Positions 27,801-37,800 of a stretch of 64,000 bases of DNA are shown here, one piece after another (position 1 is the first letter of the stretch; every line of letters starts with the position of its first letter). The translations under genes were made by a program, and so were the position numbers. The stretch comes from a virus (Duplodnaviria > Caudoviricetes): the IMG/VR virus record IMGVR_UViG_3300047491_000255, positions 60,819-124,818 of that record; one strand, written 5' to 3'. The notes beneath the pieces were generated by a model. It ran no database searches, had not been told where the DNA came from, and saw nothing but the letters and a program-made list of their open reading frames with translations.

Positions 27801-29122
27801 TTCACAGGATCAACATAGGCCGTCCCGGTGCTTGCCTTGTTCCTTATCGAATCTACATAGCCCTTGCTTGCACCCTGATCATCTGTAACCGGGTTTCCCA
27901 TTCCTGACGGGAGTATGCCTCCTGTCCCTGCACCAGCCAACAAAACTTGAGAAAGCGTAGGCGTATTACCACCACCTACACCTCCTGATGTGATTGCTCC
28001 TCTACGAATCATAAACCTTCGATCTAGCCAGTATGTCGAATTAGTCCTAAGCGACGTATCATTTCCCTTGAATACATAAGCAGTCGTCAATGGGATATAA
28101 GGCGTAAAACCAGGAGGCAGATCAGGGTCATTGCCGGCAATTGCTTGTGTGTCATTCGTGTAGCTACGATCTGGAGTTATCCACGTCAATTGTCCAGAGC
28201 CAGCAATTGATACAAATACTCCACGATACCAACTTGAAGTATTGCACGGCACAATATTTGTACCATTATCCCATCTGCCCACAGGAAATTTATTTGTCAC
28301 AATCCTAGTCCACACACCTCCGACATGTCCATAATACGACATGGAATTCGATACTGAAAAATCAATTCTTGTATGATCCAATCTATCAGCCATGTTATGA
28401 TATTCGATACCAGAATCAGACACGATATTTGTTAGATTTGTGCCAGTCGGATATACCAACAAACCTTCCGTAATTATCGACGGCATAATATTGGCAAACG
28501 CAACATCTCCTGAAAGTGATTCGTCTCCAACCGGCATAGCGGTTCCAACATGAATAATCCTGCCTAATGATGTCACAAATGTTGCCAGATAGATATTGCC
28601 TTCTGCTCTTGGTCTTGACCCTGTCGTCCATTGAACAAGTGTGGTATCATTAGTAGACCAATAAGCATAGTTCACCGCATTATCCGTCAAGCCGTGTGTT
28701 CCGGGATCAAGATGAAAATACCCTCGAATCGGCTCATATACATCACCATTTGAATATGATACTGTCAGATTTGTCGAGTTATATGAAAACACAGGCAAAT
28801 CACGAGCCAGACCACGATCCGCTGTATCCTCGATAAACTCCTCTAATGTGTATCCTCCTAAAGCTCCTATCTTGCGAATGCCTTCCGATCCGGGAGTCGT
28901 ATCTCCAATATATCCAATCGTCACAGCCGAAGCCGAACTCGTGGACGAACCCGTCATTAAGAAATTAGATGCTGTGACCGAAACAAGATTTGTGAAACTT
29001 GATCTGTTTCCATCAGCATCACCAATCAATTTCAGACTTTGGATAGGAGTAGACCCTGCTCCAAGAACTGAAACGACACACCCCATCAAAAACGATACAG
29101 CCAATACAATTTTATTTCTCAT
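24896..29122 (-). CDS. large fibre/adhesin-like protein with N-terminal signal-like peptide
   Basis: ~1400 aa, Thr/Ser/Asn-rich. ASKGYVD fibre motif, YVDPVNGDD..G....PFKTIQAA beta-helix cap, and coiled-coil ETNRAIVAE repeats. Confidence 0.7.
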   Translation of the reverse strand: MRNKIVLAVSFLMGCVVSVLGAGSTPIQSLKLIGDADGNRSSFTNLVSVTASNFLMTGSSTSSASAVTIGYIGDTTPGSEGIRKIGALGGYTLEEFIEDTADRGLARDLPVFSYNSTNLTVSYSNGDVYEPIRGYFHLDPGTHGLTDNAVNYAYWSTNDTTLVQWTTGSRPRAEGNIYLATFVTSLGRIIHVGTAMPVGDESLSGDVAFANIMPSIITEGLLVYPTGTNLTNIVSDSGIEYHNMADRLDHTRIDFSVSNSMSYYGHVGGVWTRIVTNKFPVGRWDNGTNIVPCNTSSWYRGVFVSIAGSGQLTWITPDRSYTNDTQAIAGNDPDLPPGFTPYIPLTTAYVFKGNDTSLRTNSTYWLDRRFMIRRGAITSGGVGGGNTPTLSQVLLAGAGTGGILPSGMGNPVTDDQGASKGYVDSIRNKASTGTAYVDPVNGDDVTGRIEKGSLPFKTIQAAINACAVVASDTRRFLVLCSIGTYKENVTMKPFISLRGLDIEATIIEGQVSWPATYVDTKGTELQIITVTMTNAPACVINAGSDASYIGLRSCALYSTYTVDVAVKSVVQISRGNAELYASCWIELISADIASQKPSCLYYLTTDGANVGKYLINAFSSSHVMRIADLNDTVMMVYCNATTESFFASKNDATIMHLADSTNHVNKIITVAHKQASSESYIDSSVIDVNLSATNDCEVIAVSSTGSVSTSHVNLHSSTIIVPNIKVDHLYYGSSATASDKADVVNSQLGKFATAYPQRYTSDGSAGVLGYVIQHASGDLLLGGGLDLSAVDTGVNPQSGHVKIYASPYAGLEQPYFKDSSGNKLRIGRDSVFNGYNSSGTTMPVGTPVYRMSGLSPMATPIVGRCNASDPAKMPCSGIVVQQGGITNGGVGRVMFYGRTESYFNTAPFASGDNLYVSAVSDGVLTNVAPTTGIKQLVGWVHTSSTNGLLSIQIWEADFLSSSTVAWSSSNTNTVNALTVGGLTKEQLVAQTITYYVWGSLTGPYTNPISRLAQIASPSAESVRTNTYLSVTNGQFLGGLSVSTNESPRTLTKGMVYIHNNLETTSTNDCVIQGTLYIYESDQTTLVQRFDGELVHIMRDRSIHSYDLGISVTNDVMINDENRIMLFRTRLISGWAGDTIRALSQDGYLTRIVLTGPLTGVYASSTELRTEISNRVAGDTNLQAQVISETNRAIVAEGVLTSNLNTVNTNLGSRITAETNRAIVAEATIVINQNIINTNVQTQINLSTNRIKGLEDRSNVWNTASTPSRKFLANVGVTANQTFGSATAQVLYTNVVFNFGGTYSNSSTIARWIPGVSNVMVRIDGAMSVNGASQPVLFQIKLYKNGSLKSTMATRYVSSNNDDWAMPYNYVDMTTTASDFYEVFVTSDKAGQVMLGSGADNWWSGRIVD

Positions 29123-29127
29123 ACTCT

Positions 29128-29583
29128 TTACTCCACCGCTATGAACCATAATTTATATCCCGAACTTGATGCCGGAGCTGATAAGTCAGCCGCAAATCCA
29201 CTTGCTGTGATAGTTGATTCTCTTACCGTTGCAAACAGATTATCTCCCCCGTCAGGTTTCGTGACGACTACTGCAATCTTGGTTGGAACAAATCCCCATG
29301 ATGCAGAAACATTCACATAATTATTGCCAGAAGTGATCGCCATCGATCCGCCTTGAATATTCGACACACCTGGAATAGATGGATCAGTGATAATCCCAAC
29401 AAATTGAAGATATGCCTCTCCATCCACCGATTCTACCCAATCCCAAAATGCTTGGTTTGAATACTGGACACCATCAATCAGAACACTCGTCCTAGATTCG
29501 ATCTTCCCTACCGTATCAGACACATGAAGTCTAATTCCAAGCACTGGACTGGAGAACTCGTTTGTAACAACAAATACTCTCAT
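29128..29583 (-). CDS. putative fibre-associated structural protein
   Basis: C-terminal ITASGF...LWFIAV resembles tail-fibre tip modules. Confidence 0.6.
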   Translation of the reverse strand: MRVFVVTNEFSSPVLGIRLHVSDTVGKIESRTSVLIDGVQYSNQAFWDWVESVDGEAYLQFVGIITDPSIPGVSNIQGGSMAITSGNNYVNVSASWGFVPTKIAVVVTKPDGGDNLFATVRESTITASGFAADLSAPASSSGYKLWFIAVE

Positions 29584-29585
29584 GA

Positions 29586-29984
29586 TTATGCCCCTTCGAT
29601 ATTGTCATTTCCAGCCTGACGCTCACGATTGGCAAGATTGACAGGATTGACAGTATCCTGTGTGCTATTAGCACCAGAAACACCCTCTTCCGTCCGAGTC
29701 TCGACCCTCGTTCCAGTCACTACCGGAGCAATAACAGTCTGATCTGATATGATATTCCTGCCCAGTTTTACAACACGAGTACGATCCATCTTCACTGGAC
29801 CAGCCGCCTCGCCATCAAAGGCGGGCGTTCCTGTGGGGATGCGATGATCCTTGGGCCAGTTCATGTCACCCGCTAATCCAGTCGCCTTGCCCGGCGTAAA
29901 ATTGACTCTAGAAGCCTGTGACGGAGCAAGTTGCCCTACAGAAATATCACCAGAAACTATTGCTACTCTATCATTCGTTGCCAT
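29586..29984 (-). CDS. hypothetical protein
   Basis: GGAGG RBS before MATNDR. Confidence 0.7.
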   Translation of the reverse strand: MATNDRVAIVSGDISVGQLAPSQASRVNFTPGKATGLAGDMNWPKDHRIPTGTPAFDGEAAGPVKMDRTRVVKLGRNIISDQTVIAPVVTGTRVETRTEEGVSGANSTQDTVNPVNLANRERQAGNDNIEGA

Positions 29985-29997
29985 AATCAATCCTCCT

Positions 29998-30300
29998 TCA
30001 TTTTCCAAAAACCTGCATCACCTTGAGAATATCTGCTAGGTAAGGCTTAATAGCAGTCTCCATCAAGTCTTTCACTGCATCCACACCAGCCTGTTCTGGC
30101 ACACTTGCCGCCTTAATCTGTGGCAAATTTTCATCAATAACTGCCACAGCCGCTATGAAGGTATCTAGTGCCTGATCTACATTCGCCAGAGCCACATCCT
30201 CATCTGGAGAAACCACTGCCGTCCTAACATGTGAAACCGAATCGCCTGTCATCTCAGCCGCCACATTATCAGTCATTTTAGCTATCCTTCTATCATTCAT
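29998..30300 (-). CDS. small putative internal head protein
   Basis: MNDRRIAKMTDNVAAEM N-terminus and RTA linker. Confidence 0.7.
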   Translation of the reverse strand: MNDRRIAKMTDNVAAEMTGDSVSHVRTAVVSPDEDVALANVDQALDTFIAAVAVIDENLPQIKAASVPEQAGVDAVKDLMETAIKPYLADILKVMQVFGK

Positions 30301-31775
30301 GAAAACTTCTCCCGGAGTAATTGCTCGGCATCCTTTTCTGTCATCTCTCCACCTACCTGCTCAATATCAAACTTTTTATCCCTCAAGAACTTCATGGCCT
30401 CTCCTACTTGCTTGCCAGGCTTGATACCCAAAATCCTCTGTATATCCAACCCATCCACCGGCAATTCCTCTGCCTTCTCAACATGAACTTTCAAGGCTTC
30501 AATAGCTTTTCTCAGGTCAGGGACCATGTTTTGAACCGGATAATTACCTAACTCATCTGCCTCTGCCAAATCCAGCACCGCATCTACCAGTTCGCCCCCA
30601 ACTTCTCGAATGAACCTTCGTAAAGCAGAAGGTCCGACTTTCTCATTCCGAGTCAACATGTGAGGCCGCATATGATTTTCAACTATTTTCCTCACCCGCA
30701 TCACTGTAGCCGAATCAAACTTCAAACGTCGCATGATTCCCTCGGCTATCTCCCCACCCACCTTCTCATGCCCTATGAACCGAATTAGACCATCTATGAC
30801 TTCCTGAGACTCTGGCTTGCCCACATCATGCAATAGAGCCGCAAGCTGATTATCAACTCCCGGCTTGGCATTCTGAAGAACCAATAAAGTATGACGTAGA
30901 ACAGAGCCCTCTTGATGTTTTCCACGAGAATACTCATGCTCCACTCCCTGCATGGCCTGAATCTCCGGGAACACATACTGCAACAACCCAACAGCCTTCA
31001 TCAACTTAATAGCCTGAGCTAGTTTGCCGATCTCCATTATCTTAACCAGCTCTCCCCGAATCCTCTCCGCTGAAACAATGTTGATCCTCGAAGCATTTCT
31101 GCGAACCGCCTTCAATACTTCCATTGGGATGTTCCATCCATACTTTGCCTGAAAACGAATCAGCCGAATCATCCGAAGTGGGTCATCTCTCAATATCTTG
31201 TCAAAATCCACACCGGGATGCCCCCGGAGAACACCATTCTTCAAGTCTTTCACGCTTGTGCCTGTCAAGTCCAGTATCTCTCCGGTTGTCAAATCCTTGA
31301 GAAGCATATTGACGGTAAAGTCTCGACGCTCGACGTCTTCTTCGAGTGTTCCGTATTCCACTGTGCGTTGCCGACTATCTGGATCAGGAAACATTTCCTT
31401 CTGCGTGTCTGCAAATTCGATCACAGCCCCACTTGTAGCAAATTGATCCCCATCATACTCAATGTCTTCTTTGAACGTAATTTGCCAAATCGGATAACCA
31501 GCACCCAACTGATGAGGATTCGTCGTCTCATTCGGGAATATCCGATGAATCCAAGCCGTCAATTTCTCGGCACCACCCTTCATTTCAACAACTACGTCTA
31601 GGTCCTTAGCGTCCAATCCTAAAAGCTCATCACGAACATATCCTCCGACCCCATGCACTTTATTTGAAAATGGAGTTCCACGAAGAATGATCTTAAGAAG
31701 ACGCTCTACTTCCTTCTCGGCGTTAGATGCCCGAAGTTCCTTTGCCATAGACATAATCTCTGCGATGATGTTCAT
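30297..31775 (-). CDS. cca: class II CCA tRNA nucleotidyltransferase with HD domain
   Basis: VGGYVRD, DLD, RRDFTVN, DDPLRMIR, SAERIRGE, LLHDVGKP, GHEKVG. Confidence 0.92.
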   Translation of the reverse strand: MNIIAEIMSMAKELRASNAEKEVERLLKIILRGTPFSNKVHGVGGYVRDELLGLDAKDLDVVVEMKGGAEKLTAWIHRIFPNETTNPHQLGAGYPIWQITFKEDIEYDGDQFATSGAVIEFADTQKEMFPDPDSRQRTVEYGTLEEDVERRDFTVNMLLKDLTTGEILDLTGTSVKDLKNGVLRGHPGVDFDKILRDDPLRMIRLIRFQAKYGWNIPMEVLKAVRRNASRINIVSAERIRGELVKIMEIGKLAQAIKLMKAVGLLQYVFPEIQAMQGVEHEYSRGKHQEGSVLRHTLLVLQNAKPGVDNQLAALLHDVGKPESQEVIDGLIRFIGHEKVGGEIAEGIMRRLKFDSATVMRVRKIVENHMRPHMLTRNEKVGPSALRRFIREVGGELVDAVLDLAEADELGNYPVQNMVPDLRKAIEALKVHVEKAEELPVDGLDIQRILGIKPGKQVGEAMKFLRDKKFDIEQVGGEMTEKDAEQLLREKFS

Positions 31776-31869
31776 CTCACACCTCTACTTTAACCGGAAT
31801 CAATCTGTTCGGTACAATCTTTTGCATCATCCAATGCTCACTATATTTGTCAATCTTTGCAAATCCATT

Positions 31870-34842
31870 TCAGCTCCTACTCATAGCTTCTCGGAGCGTT
31901 CTAGGAGACCTTGCCAGTTCAGACTTAGCCATAGACACGAAACTAGCCGTCTTCCCCTTCACCACCATCTCGAAGTAAAGTCCCTCGGCACACATCTCTG
32001 GTCTTGCCCCGACATCAATGAATGTCTGAATCATCTCTTCTCCCTTTGGCATACGAATCAGTTGATCTGCCGATTTTTGCAATTCTTCCATACCAACAAA
32101 GTTCTTTTCAGATACTTTCTGGATGTCCGCCATAATATTCACCAAACTGTGTAAGACCTGACGATGATAGTTTTCCTCTGGGAGCATGAGTCCGAACATA
32201 CCCGGCACATTAAAGTCCAATGGATGCACTTCCGGCATAGAAGCCTTAACATCTATATCAGGGTCACGTTCTTCGGGAGTCTTGTCCTTCGTCCGATACC
32301 GATCAATGGAATCAGAACGAGAGGGCTTCTGTTCTGGCTCACGCCGTCTTCCCTTAGATACTCCACCAGTATCTGTCATCAAATCCTTGTCCTTCCTCCG
32401 GGTCTGTTGTCCCCTTGCCGCCGTAACATCTCTCTCATTGAACTCCCGATCCACACAGACATCTTCCTGTAGCGTAGTATCTCCGAGAAATGCTTTGGCT
32501 ATCTTATCTGCCAATGCCGCAATAACCAGTCTACGAACGATCCTTGAAGATGCCGTCTTACCAGTCAGGAATGACATCTCCGATTGAAGTAAAGGCCACA
32601 TTCCTAGTTGTTTTGCCAATGCCCCCGGATCACCGGCACCATCATCGAATGCCTTCATAAGTTTCTTCCACTCCTCTTTGGAGAACTTCTCCTTAGCTGG
32701 CTCAATCGCCTTTTTGGCCTTTGATATGTCCTTCTCACTAGCCGGGGGAGGCGGATACATAAGCATAGAGGCACGACGCAATTCCGTTCTGGCCGTCTTA
32801 TTTGCAAAGTCACGCATTGCTGCCGTCTGAGGATCGTCCTCCTCGGCGAAACCGTCGATGTTTAATTGAAATGCGGGTTTTCCAGTATCCTTGCTCTTGA
32901 ATATGGTATTCCCCCTCTTCCCTCGAACGGGTTGTCCGTCCAGCCCGTCTGCCATCTTATCGAACTGCCTGCATGCCACTTCATCCCCAAACAACTGATC
33001 CACCATCTGTCCCTCAGACGAATATCTCATGTGGACAATCATCATCTTCTTGTCGGCATCGTATTTGAAGCCATCCAACTTACCACTGAAGCGACTCAAG
33101 ATGTCAGTTGTCGTGCTGAACTTACCTTCGCTCATCTCGTCGATTTGCGCATGAAGCGACTCCCTATCAGCCTCGTCGAACTCATCCCCGTCAACTACTT
33201 CGTGCATCTGATCCTTGATGTCATCTTGCAATTTTTTGTCGTCCGGCTTGGTTTGAGCGGCCAAATGTAACTTGCACGCCAATTCAGTGGCCTTTGGACT
33301 TCTCAAGAACAAATCCTGCACCTTGTCATTACCAAAGAGAGAAGTATTGTCTGCAAGCCTAACCGCCGAAGAGACGGGATCACTCTCCCATTCGTAATTC
33401 TGATCATCATGTGTGGCAATCATAGCACGAATCTTGTCACCATCTTCTCTTCCGAAGATCGTATCCATGCGTTCCTTCTCCTGACCGACCAGATTAACAG
33501 AATTCTCCTTATGCTTCTTGCCAATTGAGATGTTTGTTCCTACCTCTCCAACTGTATAGCCAATGTCGTGATCCACCATCGCTGCCAAAGCCATTAGCTT
33601 CTGCTTACCTGTGATCTTCATTCCACTGCCTTGAAGTTCTTTGAGCATATTCATTATGCTTTGGCAGTTTCCAGCGACATGCCGGATACCATGATCCCCC
33701 AACGACCTACGTCGAGCTTCAAGCTCCTGATGTAAGACCCTCTTGATACTCTCACGAACGAACTCGTCCAAGTCCCTCTGCTTGACATTTCCCATGGAAC
33801 CATCACGAACTGCCTCGGCAATGGAATCCGAAATGCTGTCTACAAGCTTTTCTGCCATCGGACGAGAAACCGAACTCATAACCTTCCCATACTTCTTTAA
33901 AACAGTCCTTCCATTCTCCCTCAATCTAGAAGTAAACTCTCCCATATTTCCCTTGGAGATGACATCTTCGCTATCATTTTTCGATTCTTCCACATCTTGA
34001 TTATCATAAATATCCAAACTTGCCTTCATATTGTATTGCAGGGTAGCCGGAGAGACAGTGGTATAATCAAGCAATCCCTTGGAAGCAGCCAAACCTTCCG
34101 AAACGGCCCTGTCAACTCGACCCTTCTCGTCTGGAGAAAGTTGACCATACTTCTTTGCAGTCCCGTCAGGGAACTTGATTGTCACACCTTGCGTAAGTTG
34201 CGACTTGTCCAGTTTGTGAACCTTCCAGTCCTTTGCATCAGTTCCAAACTCATCAATCAACCGATCTTTAATGGCAACCTGACGACTCGGTCCTGCTGGA
34301 ACACGGGCAGGATGAGAATGCTCAAGAGGTTCTCCCGGCTCACGCTTCTCCTTCTTGTCCTCAGACACATTCTTGTCATCAGGCTTCTTCACATCTTTTT
34401 GTTTGTCGGGAGCCTTTACCGGAGGAGTTCCCTTCTCTACCTTTTGAGGCTTCCCCTTTTTCTCATCCGGCTTATTTGATGGAACCTTTGAATTGTCTTC
34501 GTCCTTGTCAGGACCACGCTTCTTGCCGTCATCCTTCTTGCTTTTACCCTTTCCATCATCCAAGATTTTAACCCTGGTTGTAGGCCTCATATCCACTGTC
34601 TGCTTATACTTCTCCAACTCATTACGGGTCATCTCCATTTCAGCAACCATACTACGGGAATGATCTGAGGCATCAAAGAGGTAGACAGTTCCATCCTTGT
34701 TGTCATCTTCTGACTGTTCATCGGCGGAATCCGACTGCTCGGTGTCAGAATTCTTCTGTTGCAGGAGTTTTTTGACCCTATCCCTGATCTGCTTCTTGAC
34801 CTTTTCGTCAAGCTGTGCCCTCCGTAGAACCATTTTACTCAT
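31870..34842 (-). CDS. large protein with HD phosphohydrolase domain, probable virion-internal protein
   Basis: DHGIRH...DHDIGY...H..S...THD...RLADN HD pattern with charged low-complexity flanks. Confidence 0.7.
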   Translation of the reverse strand: MSKMVLRRAQLDEKVKKQIRDRVKKLLQQKNSDTEQSDSADEQSEDDNKDGTVYLFDASDHSRSMVAEMEMTRNELEKYKQTVDMRPTTRVKILDDGKGKSKKDDGKKRGPDKDEDNSKVPSNKPDEKKGKPQKVEKGTPPVKAPDKQKDVKKPDDKNVSEDKKEKREPGEPLEHSHPARVPAGPSRQVAIKDRLIDEFGTDAKDWKVHKLDKSQLTQGVTIKFPDGTAKKYGQLSPDEKGRVDRAVSEGLAASKGLLDYTTVSPATLQYNMKASLDIYDNQDVEESKNDSEDVISKGNMGEFTSRLRENGRTVLKKYGKVMSSVSRPMAEKLVDSISDSIAEAVRDGSMGNVKQRDLDEFVRESIKRVLHQELEARRRSLGDHGIRHVAGNCQSIMNMLKELQGSGMKITGKQKLMALAAMVDHDIGYTVGEVGTNISIGKKHKENSVNLVGQEKERMDTIFGREDGDKIRAMIATHDDQNYEWESDPVSSAVRLADNTSLFGNDKVQDLFLRSPKATELACKLHLAAQTKPDDKKLQDDIKDQMHEVVDGDEFDEADRESLHAQIDEMSEGKFSTTTDILSRFSGKLDGFKYDADKKMMIVHMRYSSEGQMVDQLFGDEVACRQFDKMADGLDGQPVRGKRGNTIFKSKDTGKPAFQLNIDGFAEEDDPQTAAMRDFANKTARTELRRASMLMYPPPPASEKDISKAKKAIEPAKEKFSKEEWKKLMKAFDDGAGDPGALAKQLGMWPLLQSEMSFLTGKTASSRIVRRLVIAALADKIAKAFLGDTTLQEDVCVDREFNERDVTAARGQQTRRKDKDLMTDTGGVSKGRRREPEQKPSRSDSIDRYRTKDKTPEERDPDIDVKASMPEVHPLDFNVPGMFGLMLPEENYHRQVLHSLVNIMADIQKVSEKNFVGMEELQKSADQLIRMPKGEEMIQTFIDVGARPEMCAEGLYFEMVVKGKTASFVSMAKSELARSPRTLREAMSRS

Positions 34843-34844
34843 GC

Positions 34845-37800
34845 CTATCCTCCTGCTTCATCAGCTACCGCCTGTAACGCCTCATCTATGTCTTGAGGCG
34901 AAGCGTCCGGGGGCAGACTATCTGCCACTTCCTTCGCAACGGCTTCAGGATCGGGCTGGGAGCCCTCTGTCTCAACCCCCTGATCTTGACCCTGATCCGC
35001 TTCTTGCCCCCCGCCTTCGCCCTCTGGAGCCACTCCACCATCAGTCTGAGGCGTCTCTTCTCCCTGTTGTAACTCATCTCCTCCGCCTTCTCCTCCGCCT
35101 TCTTGAGGAGGACCACGGAATTTGAGTCCAAGATACTTCGATACTTTCTCAACAACGTCTGTCTGCTGAACAACCGCTCGACCAACCTCCGTGTTGACTT
35201 CTTCAGTCATCCGATTGAATGTTGAATCATTGGCTGTAAACAAACCAGACAATAATTTCGAATGCATCTCATCGACATTAAGGTTGAACAACTCATATAT
35301 GACTTCAATAGGCAAACTGCCCTTGCTGTAAAGCTGGAACAACGAATCAAATACTTCGGCATTATCCCGGATCGTAAGCCGATTGAAGCCAATCGAAGGA
35401 TACCAATACTTCCTCGCCCCGTTCTGATCCTCCTCGAACCATCCGTGAGCCTCACACACCGGAATGAAAATCTGCTTCTCGATGAAGTTTCTCATAACCT
35501 CACGAGTCAGCAGAAACATCGTATTCAGGATTTCAACAGTAATCTTTGTTCCTGAGAATGCCCCCTCACCAGTCAAAAGCTCCCTTGTGACACCCAAAGC
35601 GGCAAAGACCTGATTTTCGATCTGTTCGTATTCCCGGCTGTAATCAAGCATCCGTTCCTGAACGCCAATCTGTTGCCATGTCACCTCGTAGTTGGTGATA
35701 ACAGAGTATTCCGGGTCCATATACGACAAATCGACCTGAGTCCGCAGATTGTCAAGTTCGTCAGGCATGAGTCCAGGAGCCGTGATAAGATTCTTTGGAG
35801 TCATGTTTCGACTAGCCAGACTGAGCTGCGTATACCGATAATGCTCCTTCTGAAGCATGGGAACCAGCACCCTCTCCAATACAGACGCTCCAAGGTCCAT
35901 ATAGGGCGAACGCCTACGGGCGATATGATGGACGAATGAACCCGTCATTGGGTCCGTATCCATAACGATACAACCCTCCTTCAAGACCATTTCCTTCATC
36001 TCTTTCGGCACACCCTCTACGATCTTCTCATTCATTGCCGAACGATCATAGTCTCCCTTTGGAGTCTCACTTGCCGTTTCACCCTCACCCTGAGACTTGA
36101 TTAGCGAAATCAACCTCTGAGGACGATACTCGACCCGCTTGTTTTCCGAGAATGGATACTGGAATATATAGACTTCCTCTGGCGGAAGCATGACCGCGCG
36201 ACTCCACATCTTCTTCTCGTCATCCCACTCCAGGAACCAGTAAACATTACCTATCATGTTCAATTCCCACAATGTGGATTGACACATCTCGAAGGCATTG
36301 ATAGTTTCAAGTTGATAGGTGCAAAATGCTAAAATCTCCTCACTCAGCTTCTTTGTCAGTTTTCCACCAGCCTTGGGCATATTCAGGGTGAGTTTCGACA
36401 TTGGCAGGTCTGAGAGAAGCTCCAATGCCCGGCCAATGTACGCATCCGTATTGTGAGTAGCCATTCCATAAACAAGGAACGTTCTGTCTTCGTATTTTTC
36501 GCCCTTGGTCTGGAAATTCCAAATCAGTCCACTAAACATCCTATGCGTGATTTTTCTTACAGGGAGCAATAGGTTCCCGATATGGTTGTACTTCCTGTGT
36601 CTGAATTCTTTGTCAGATGAGTCCCACTTGGTATATGCAACAATACTATTGGCAGACAAAGGAGGTAAGAATATCCTCCATCCTTCTCCTATAGGAGTTT
36701 TGGAATCTCCAAACCCATATACTGTGATCTTTCTTTTTGACGGGGTAAGCCCAACACGAACCATCATCAGGTAAAACTGGTGAGCCATATCTGCTGAAAC
36801 CGTTGTTCCGTCGAACTGCCCTTCCGCCTCATCATGGTCTCGGTTTCCATCCCCATTCAGCCACGTTCCAATAATGTGTTTTACAAGCTCATCATCGGCC
36901 TGAAAAACACCACTGGAAAACTTCTTGGTGTGAGAACCAGTTCCACAGTTATCAGAAACCCATGTAGCAAACTCTCGATTCCACAGTCTCAAAGACGTAC
37001 CCGATGGACGATCTGGATAGTTGTATTCAGAAGGCTCTTTTCCGAATTCCCTCACACACAGGTCTTTGATTTCACGGATAATTTCAGTTTCATGTGATCC
37101 TAGAGACCAAGTAACCGCCTCTGGATAACCTTTCTTGTCAAAATTTACATTCCCTTCGGAGACGTAGTATCCAACGAGACGAGCACGTTCTGTTGAAAAG
37201 ACAAGTCCGAATCTATTCTGTGTCTTCGGAACAATCAGACAATCGCCCTCACGAATGTCTTTTGCCTCCAACCATTCGGGCGCAAAGTCAACATCAACAG
37301 ATGTTTGCCTGTGTTCTTTACCATTTTCATCTTTCACTCTGTTGTGATGACGGCAAATATGCTCTGATCTCAATACAAGAAATGGATGTTCGGGTGTTAC
37401 TTCCAAATCATTCCACCTGTTCGCCTCCACATCAAAACGAATAACAGCTCCTTCGTAATGCTGTGTCGTTACTTGTTCTATCTCCGTGTTCTGCCCCTTG
37501 GCATTGATAACCAAATCTCCGGGCTTAAACGACCACAAAGGAGCTTCTGTCCCGTCTGCTTTCGTTATCAATACATTCGGATTAGTGAAACAACGAGCCC
37601 AATATCGATACCACGAATACTTCTCATGCAGGGTGACGGGCCAATACAGCATTCCGCCATTCTGCTCATTCATCTGAACAAAATAAGTTGGGATGTCGTA
37701 TGCGCCCGTGCGATCACTCAGGCCATAGGCATAAGAACTACGATATGCCTCTAACTTGTATCCTGTACTATAGGGAGCCGAAACCTGAGAGGTATCAACC

